From: Bugula neritina
Lineage: Eukaryota > Animalia > Bryozoa
Length of the DNA: 64,000 bases
Direction: 5' to 3'
NCBI GenBank assembly: GCA_964035545.1
Contig: OZ037767.1
Location: forward strand, 22,708,628-22,772,627
Shown here one piece after another: positions 50,848 through 64,000 of the stretch (positions within the stretch are counted from its first letter, which is position 1; the number at the start of each line of letters is the position of its first letter). The position numbers and the translations under genes were made by a program. The notes beneath the pieces were generated by a model. The model ran no database searches. It was given only the letters and a program-made list of their open reading frames with translations, and was not told where the DNA came from.

Positions 50848-51981
50848 CCTTCCCTAACTGTTACACTCAGTAGATTTAGTCTGTGGAAATCTAAATTTAT
50901 GATAGATAATTGAACATTATTCTAATTTTTGATCTGCAAGATAAGCTTATCTCGAAATTCAAATGACTCTTTCCGTTTGCTGAGTCGAGAATAGTGCTTT
51001 GATTTTACTTTTGCTATCGTTACCAGCTGCAGCTGGATATTGTGTACTCTTCTTGTAGAGAATTCTAAATTAATACCAATATAATAAAGATTTTCTTCTT
51101 GTGCTCTCCAAGGTATATAATGATTCTTTTTTACTCTGATGTATTTATATTTTTTAAATCGTTTAGAAAAATTAACCCATGTGTTTGTACAATCTTTAGA
51201 AATTGTTTTACATTTTAATCAGTGCTTTGAATTTGGATACTTTTTTGTTAACAAAAACTATGAGTATTGGTTTTGCAGCTGCTGCAGAATAAATTCTGAA
51301 TTAAATCATCTAATACAGAACTTTGAAAGTCTGTTTCCATTTATTGTTCCAGTTAATTAGGAGTTGTGTCCTCTCAAAATTTCCTTTTACCGATAATTAT
51401 ACCTAACATTTAGTTTGCCTATATTTTATATGAGGAATTGTTCAATATTCTCCATGTGCATATTTTGTTATTATATCTTCAATTTTTCTTTTATAGTTTG
51501 TGTTTTATATATCATTAATGGCGTGGCAATCATGCCGTATTTCTCTATGATAAATATTGACTTGTTTACCATTTCTTGCTCAGCTTTTAGCTACCTCCTT
51601 TGCCAACACAATTTCTACTTCCTTTTCATTATTGAAATAAAGCTGTGTGCATTAAGAACTCATTGCTGAAATTGATTTTCCAGCCTGCACCAATCCTAAC
51701 CGTGATAGGTTATTTTGCTGATATCTGTACTACTACTTGTAACATTATAAAGCAAAGTTTTGAAATATGTTTTTACATTTAAACTGTTTTCTGTCTAACT
51801 TGAACTGCAGAAGTTTTCAGGCCTTTATTGTGTAGGTTTGGTAATAATTATAAGTCATACAGAAAAATTGAAGCTCAACCAGTTTGCTACACCTTTCCTA
51901 GAGAGAAGACAACTCATTCTTTGAACCACATACAATTGACTCATGGGTAGTAGGTAAACAAACTTATTTGTTTACTTTCAG

Positions 51982-52430
51982 AGGTCGGTGCAGTAATGGA
52001 GAAATTGAGAAAAGCCTGTGTTCTAGATTAGAAATGCAACAAAAGAAGTTATGTATTAACAAGAATTTCAACTCGCGTCCCCAAAATAATTTGTAAATAA
52101 ATTTAAAGAACTTGGGTTATTTCAATTTCTCCACTACTGCTCCACTCACGTTTTAATAAGCTCAAAGATGGTTGTTTCATAACATGTTTCAAGTATTCAC
52201 TCATCTAACATTAATGTCACTAGTGTGTATACAAGTTCATCATTATCGAGTGGAAGTTAACTTTAAGTTTGTTACAAAACTTTGTGATCTCAAAACTTTC
52301 TTCAATTGAGAGGCAATGCAATAGAAACAATCTTGCTGCATCAGATAGCCTCTGTTATGGTGTCCTGTTATGCTACACGTATGCATAGTGAGTGGAGCAG
52401 TAGTGGAGAAATTGAACATCGCAAATGCAA
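51982..52430. mobile_element. TIR-element fragments / MITE between the lipase paralogues
   Basis: Perfect 29-bp inverted pair 52121-52149 / 52388-52416 (TTCAATTTCTCCACTACTGCTCCACTCAC) plus a degenerate third copy near 51985. Confidence 0.55.
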
Positions 52431-52916
52431 CTTTTTTTCTATTCAATTAAATTGTATTATTCATTTATGGCGTCCTGAGAAGTCCTGGTTTGGCAAAGTC
52501 AGACAATTGTTACATCCAATAGAGATGCAGGTTGTCAGTTATTTGCACCTGCATGGCTGCAAATCGCCAGATTAAAACTCTATTGTTTCACTCATGCAAA
52601 ATCCGTACAGCCATTTTTCCTCACAATAAGTTATTTTGTCCAGTGTGATTTTGTACCTTCTGAAATACAAGCAGACAATATTTCCTCTTACTATATTATC
52701 AGCTTGTTCGTGCTTGTAGCCTCCAACAACAATTGAAACTAGCTTATCTGTTTGAAGATAACAGATAAATTTACAAGTTGATAGCATTGTTTTGATGAGT
52801 AAATTTTTATATTAGATAGCCAAGTTTGATCAAAGTGCACATGATTGTATAGCAGCTAGCTCAGATTTTCTTTGTGTGCGGTCTGTGATCCAGTGTTTGC
52901 AGAACTAAATTAGAAC

Positions 52917-57518
<4,602 letters not shown>

Positions 57519-58552
57519 CTACTCTTTACATCTGTGCTGACTTTTACTGATCGAAAAATATTCTAGAATATTTTGTGCTTCCAAAATTAGAACTGATTTC
57601 ACTTATGGCTAATTACATGAGTTATTTGAAATAATTTAAATATGTTGTTTGATGTTGCACAAAATTGATGATGTTTTAAAATGTTGTACAGAATTATAAA
57701 AGTTCTATGTTCGATTACGGGGTATTATTGGCTTAGATTTTAGTATTGGAAGTTGTTTGCTCTTAGAATATTTTTGTACACTTGCTACTTGGTATCCTAG
57801 CAACCAACTTTATGCATACATTAATTATTCAGCATATTCAGCTGTGAAGTTGTTAGTGCATTTCTTCCATATTTGTTTATTGTATGATACTAAATATGAA
57901 ACCTCAACTATTTATTTGTATTTACTGTTCAACTTTGACACTTTGCAACTCTTCAATCTTACTAGTCCTTGATGTACTTGTAGCTACTGTAAGAGTGCAA
58001 CCATTATATTATTTTATTTATCAACTTTTTCATATGCATTCATTGATAAAATTATTCCAATAAATAGTAATCGACTGAGATTGTGTTTTAGTAGAACTCC
58101 TCAAATATGGAGACATTTCTACTTTGCAAAAGGTTGCAAAGCATTGAATTAATTTAACAAGCTATGGACTAAAATCTGTAAAACTAAAAATTCTGTTTGA
58201 CAAATCTGGCAAACAGTTACATAATTGAAAAAAACCGTTTCTGTTTCTAAGCTTTTATCACACGTTTTCATTTTTTGAAGGGAAATACATTATATTATGT
58301 AACTTTATAAAATCACTTAGGGTTTTTGAAAATTTACTTTTTATAATTACTGGGAAGGTTGAAAACTTTTAGCAATAGGCTAGGTCACAAACTGGTGAAG
58401 GCCTACATAAGTAATTTCTCCTGGCCATTAATTCAAGCAGAGATGGCTTATATATTTTGATGACTATACAAGCATAAACATACAAATGTATTCATATTTC
58501 TCGTATGAAGCTTATAAGTCAACCATAAGCATTGAAATAGAAAGCGTTATAC

Positions 58553-58656
58553 ACGTGCGTGTGTGCGCGTGTGTGAGCGCATGTGTGTGTATATGCGCTC
58601 GTGTGTGCGCGCGTGCGTGCGTGCGTGCATGCGTGCGTGCGTGCATGCGTGCGTGC

Positions 58657-58707
<51 letters not shown>

Positions 58708-58732
58708 TGCGTATGCGTGCATATGTGTGTGT
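58553..58732. repeat. Compound (GT)n/(GCGT)n microsatellite
   Basis: Direct inspection. Confidence 0.9.
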
Positions 58733-59812
58733 ATGAGGGTGAATCACAGCAACACACAAACCAATACAGCAGGATTTTCTAGGAGTAATTGAAACAATAG
58801 AATTGGTTTGTTACTTCGATATTTAACCACTCAAGTGTTTTCCAGTGCATCACTCCTTCAATAAATACCCAACATTACGTACAGTAAATGATACTTTATA
58901 TGAGCGCAAAGAGCTATGAGTAGATGATTTGAATATTAAATGAATTTGTTATATAAGATGGTCTATAGGGGCTTTGCTCAACTTATGAATAATTTGTGTG
59001 CTGAGACCTGGTGATATCTGGCGCTGACACAAGCAGCAGCATAAAGAGTTATATAACACTCTGAGTGTGCTCCAGCATATCAGCTGTAACTAACCTCTAT
59101 TGCAATAAACCACCTTATCAGATACAAACAGCCAAACATCACTTTTATGACTTGTTTTCTACAAAGTATAGCATAGGAGACCACAGCTTCATTCTAATTA
59201 TATACTCACTATAGGCAAGGTTGCTATTTATAGATAACACTTAGTGCCTTCTAAGGTAAGTATCTTATTTATAACTGTAAGTCACAACTTACTCAAATAT
59301 TTCGAAAGGAAAAACTTGAAAGAGAAAAATTTTCGAAAATACAATATAGAAATCTGTGTTTTTGCTTCAAGCAACTATAGTGTCTTGTATTATGCAACAT
59401 TCATTTATAACATTCATAACCTAACATTATTTTTTTTCTTATATATTGTACTTTTATTCGTAAAATGTTATACAGTATGAAAACATTGATTATATAAGAT
59501 CTAGTATACACACAGATGATAATATAATAACATGTTATAAAGTCACTTACCAGTTAATTGTATACTAACTCGGTGCCTACACACTATTGGTTTAGTATGC
59601 TGAGCAAAAATCAGTAACCACCCATTTATCAAGAAAAATGTTGTCATCAATAATAAGTTTAGTTGTTAGCAAAATAACAAGCTTTTATTTCTTCTAGAAT
59701 TTAATATATATCTTGAGAAAATGTTTTTCCCCTTTCAGAAGAAGCTTTTTAAACACAGTTCAGCAATGTTCAAGTCTAGAAAATACACCAAGCATGTTAC
59801 CAATAATAGGGT

Positions 59813-62800
59813 ATGACAGGTAACCTATGTGACCAAGCAACTTTAACTGACTACTTTAGGGCTGCTCACCTATCCCTTCCCCTCAATGAGCTCTGTAAAA
59901 GATGAGACTGAGATGGCTGTTGCTCAACCTAAAGACCAGCAAAGTGATTACAGACACTCTGGTAAGAATTAACTGGGAATACAATTCCGTATGCTTAAGA
60001 AAAGAGTATATATTAATGTCTATACAGCAACCTATACTATTCTCCAAAGAGTATATATTAATTTCTATACAACAACCTATAATAGTCTTCATGCAAAGAG
60101 TATATAATAGTTTTTATATAGCAAATTATACTAGTCTCCAAAGAGTATATAATATATTAATTCCTATACAGTAATTTATGCTAGTCTCCAAAGAGCTAGT
60201 ATATGTATATTAATTTCTATTAGCAGAAACCGAAATGGTCATATCTTTTATTTTGTTTTTTTTTCAATTCACAGAAAATTAAAAACGTAATTTTTTGCCA
60301 GTTTCTTTTTGGTGGAAGATATATTGGCTACAACTCAAAGTGTGAGCGTGGTACCTCAAAATTATGCTTGCAAAATTTTTTATTGTTTGTTTTGACCAAA
60401 TTTGCAGTTGTGATGAGGACAACCTCTTTTTTCGAAATTGGCACATATCTTCACACCAGTCATGCATATATTTATATTTTCAAAAAAAAGTCAGTACAGC
60501 TAGATTGATTTTGATTCTTTTTGCAATTAATCAGAATACGTTACCATTCAGTAGATATTTGTCAGCACCACACGATCCACCGCTGCCGATGTGCCAGCAG
60601 GTCAGCCTCAACATTTCGATCTGTCAGTGATGCTACCAACACCTATCACCACGGCAGAGTAGAAGATGCGGTACATGAAAGTCACACTGAATCAGACCCT
60701 GCAGCCCTTAACATCAGCATGAGACATGTTGGTTCCAAGGCTTCTCTCCCATTATTCACTTGTTTACAGGTTAGCCTGTTTTCCCTTCTTTCTTGTAATA
60801 AATGCATGCGATTGTTTAGGGATGTAATTGTGCTGCTATGGAATTGGTGCAACGGACAACATTCATCATATGCACTTGTAATAGGTCTGAAGGCCAATAT
60901 TCTCAAAAATTACCGATAATTCTTTAGCTTGTGCTCCTATGATGTATAAATGCAATGTGAATGAGGCCTTATTTGGAATCAATGGTAGAGAGTGAAGAGT
61001 TATGAATATTTCATGCTAAACTAATGATTCACAAAAGTAGTAACCAAACTTGCACTTTCTTATTTAGTAAGCTTTTTTAACTTTGAATGCTGTATTTAAT
61101 ATAAATTCGCTATATTTCAACAATTGACCAATCTATTCCATTTAATTTGCCAACATAAAATTAAAATTCATATTTTATTATTATATTTGTACATTTTGCC
61201 ACACACACGCACACGCACACACACACACGCACACTCACACGCACACACACTCATATGACGTCCTGTTAATTGCAGAGTGAACCACTAATATCAGTATTAG
61301 ATGTGAGCTTCAACTCTCTCGGTGAAGCAGGGGGAATAAATCTTGTACTTTCTCTGATAACAAACCGCCGTGTTACATCACTGGTAAGTTACTGTTAGCT
61401 CCTTCTACATGTCCACCTGCTGAAATTTACATATCTGTTTCATGTTGTGTATAGCCAAATACACCGGTGACCCAGTAGGATGAGTGGGTACACTTGGTGC
61501 AGTGCTATGTTGGTAAAACATGGCCATTGGTGACGCTATTACTATTCAAGAATCGCTTGATGCAGCACAAAGAATGGAGTCACTGAATGCAGTGTTTGTA
61601 TACACATTGATGTCCAAACTCCAAAACGCCAAAACCACTTCAATTATTGACCCACAACTTTGTGCTACTCCAAGCGATTTCCTCACCTTTCTGCTACTCT
61701 AAGAGCCTTCATACCATATTGTTGGTATAATGCAAGGCTTTTTCATGGCCTTCCTAAGACTAATGAAGTTCTCCCAGAGATCTGGCTATGAAACATGCAT
61801 GAGGCACACATTTTATATAGTAATTAGGCTAAGCAATGAACTAATCTGCTATCTTAGATTTTATTCGAATTGAACCTTACATTTAGAAAGAGTTCCTTGA
61901 AAACCATGTCATATGATGAATAGTATTACAGCCATACAGTGTATCGTTGCAGAATATTTCTGGGAACGACTTTGGCAATACCAAAGTGCCAGCATACCTG
62001 ATGGTGCTGCTTTCTCATAACAACATTCTTCTTAACCTCAACCTCTCCAGTAAGTACTCAATTCCACAAAATACAGGTTTTATAAAATATATTATTAGCT
62101 GTCAATGTAATAGACTACTGAAGAAGTACATTAGGTCCTGAACTTTACTTACTTTTATACTCTACATACAATTCAACTGCTTCTAGTGACAAACTTCGCT
62201 TACCAACACGATGTAATTCTTATTTCTAACAGAGAACAAGTTGACCGATCGAGATGCGTACTATATCGCTGGAGGAATAATGGTAAGCATAGTATATACT
62301 GCTATACAGTGCTCTAGCATAGCATATACTGCTATACAGTGCTCTAGCATACTATATACTGCTATACAGTGCTCTAGCATAGTATATACTGCTATACAGT
62401 GCTCTAGCATAGCATATACTGCTATACAGTGCTCTAGCATAGTATATACTGCTATACAGTGCTCTAGCATAGTATACTGCTATATACAGTGTAAAGAGAT
62501 AGTGTAGGCGATAGGTGCAGATGGTGGGTGTAGGTGGTGGGTGTAGGTTGTGGGTGTAGGTGGTGGCTATATATGGTAGGTGTAGATGGTGGGTGTAGAT
62601 GGTGGGTGTAGATGGTGGGTGTAGATGGTGGGTGTAGATGGTGGGTATAGATGGTGGGTGTAGATGGTGGGTGTAGATGGTGGGTGTAGATGGTGGGTGT
62701 AGATGGTGGGTGTAGATGGTGAATCAGTACTATTAGTTCTGAAATAGGCCATAACACATTTTAGGAAAACAATTACATCACTGATTTGGACATGAGCAGC

Positions 62801-63526
62801 AACTTATTTGAGGAAGAGGGCGGAGCGTATCTAGGGAGAGCTCTGGCTATTAACAACAACTTAGCCTGTGTTTCCCTGTCTGACAACTGCGTGAGGGGAA
62901 GTGGGGCTGCACTGCTCTGTAAATCTGTAACAGTGAGCAACAATAATCTGTATACTACCTTGACAGTCAATATACTTCAATAGTTCATATATAATGCAAC
63001 ATATTACAATAATATTATACCTCCATGGTTGTCATACCAGATGAATGTAAAACATAGAATAATATTCATCAAACTTTCATTCAGAGAAATTTTATTTGAT
63101 TTGCATCAATTTGTTCGAAGTTTCAAGCTGAATTGTTTTTCCAGTCATTATTATGTTGATGGAAACAGCAACACATGTTAAAATTTTATTATATAAAATG
63201 TTTGTCAACTATAGCTACTTTAACATTTTCATCTTTTGCACTAATAATACCATTAGTAGCTTTGTTTCATTTAATAGAATGAAACATACTATATTATCTT
63301 TTAAACTATGCATTACGTTGAAATATAAATTAAACTATTTATTATGACAGATATTATGCTATCTGTTATATAACTGTAGCACAACAATGTGTTGACAAGC
63401 ATAGACCTGAGTTCTAATGGGCTGGGCTACGAAGGAGCTGTGGCTATAAGACAATGTCTATTAAAGAATACATTCTTGAAGCACTTGGATATCAGCAGCA
63501 ATAGAATAAACTGGGAGGGAGCTTTG
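59813..63526 (+). CDS. Leucine-rich-repeat protein, RI-like repeats (LRRC74-like), 5' part; continues beyond window
   Basis: In-frame exons: LNISMRHVGSKA, LDVSFNSLGEAG, NISGNDFG, LNLS|KNKLTDRDA, LDMSSNLFEEEGG, IDLSSNGLGYEGA, LDISSNRINWEGA. Start codon uncertain (59813 or 59886). Confidence 0.8.
59995..60220. repeat. Degenerate ~47-50-bp tandem repeat (CTCCAAAGAGTATATATTAATTTCTATACAGCAA...)
   Basis: About five diverged copies. Confidence 0.7.
62286..62490. repeat. 30-bp minisatellite (AGCATAGTATATACTGCTATACAGTGCTCT)
   Basis: Direct tandem units starting at the splice donor. Confidence 0.95.
62520..62720. repeat. 13-bp minisatellite (GGTGTAGATGGTG)
   Basis: Direct tandem units. Confidence 0.95.
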
Positions 63527-63646
63527 GTGTGTCTTGTATTCTGCTATTATATTTATATGTATATATGTGTGTGTGTATGGTCATCATCTGCAAATAGTGA
63601 CTTTGAAGTGTTGCTTTAGATGGTATCATCACAATAATGTCTGCAC

Positions 63647-63990
<344 letters not shown>

Positions 63991-64000
63991 ACAAACATAC

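Overview
AT-rich, intron-rich metazoan (invertebrate-type) genomic DNA. I saw no prokaryotic features, RNA genes or CRISPR arrays. From left to right: the first coding exon of ALG1 (- strand) sits head-to-head with a ~23-exon kinesin-3 gene of the KIF28/KLP-6 type (+). That gene has a U12 AT-AC first intron and a C-terminal CaaX box. It is followed by a convergent ARID2 gene (-), whose 8.3-kb intron holds a decayed Kolobok DNA transposon (TTAA TSD, THAP-transposase remnant and tail-to-tail KolX remnant). Next is an apparently intact Sola1-type DNA transposon (ATAT TSD, 6-exon DDD transposase, internal 135-bp tandem array), two tandem acid-lipase (LIPA/LIPF-family) paralogues, and the 5' part of an LRRC74-like leucine-rich-repeat gene. 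Mini- and microsatellites are frequent. The most unusual signal is a degenerate 6-bp-periodic (WWW-SWS)n sequence. It flanks the inferred bidirectional promoters and also fills the first introns of both Kolobok genes. All gene models were spliced by hand from GT-AG/AT-AC signals and remembered family motifs; no database search was run.
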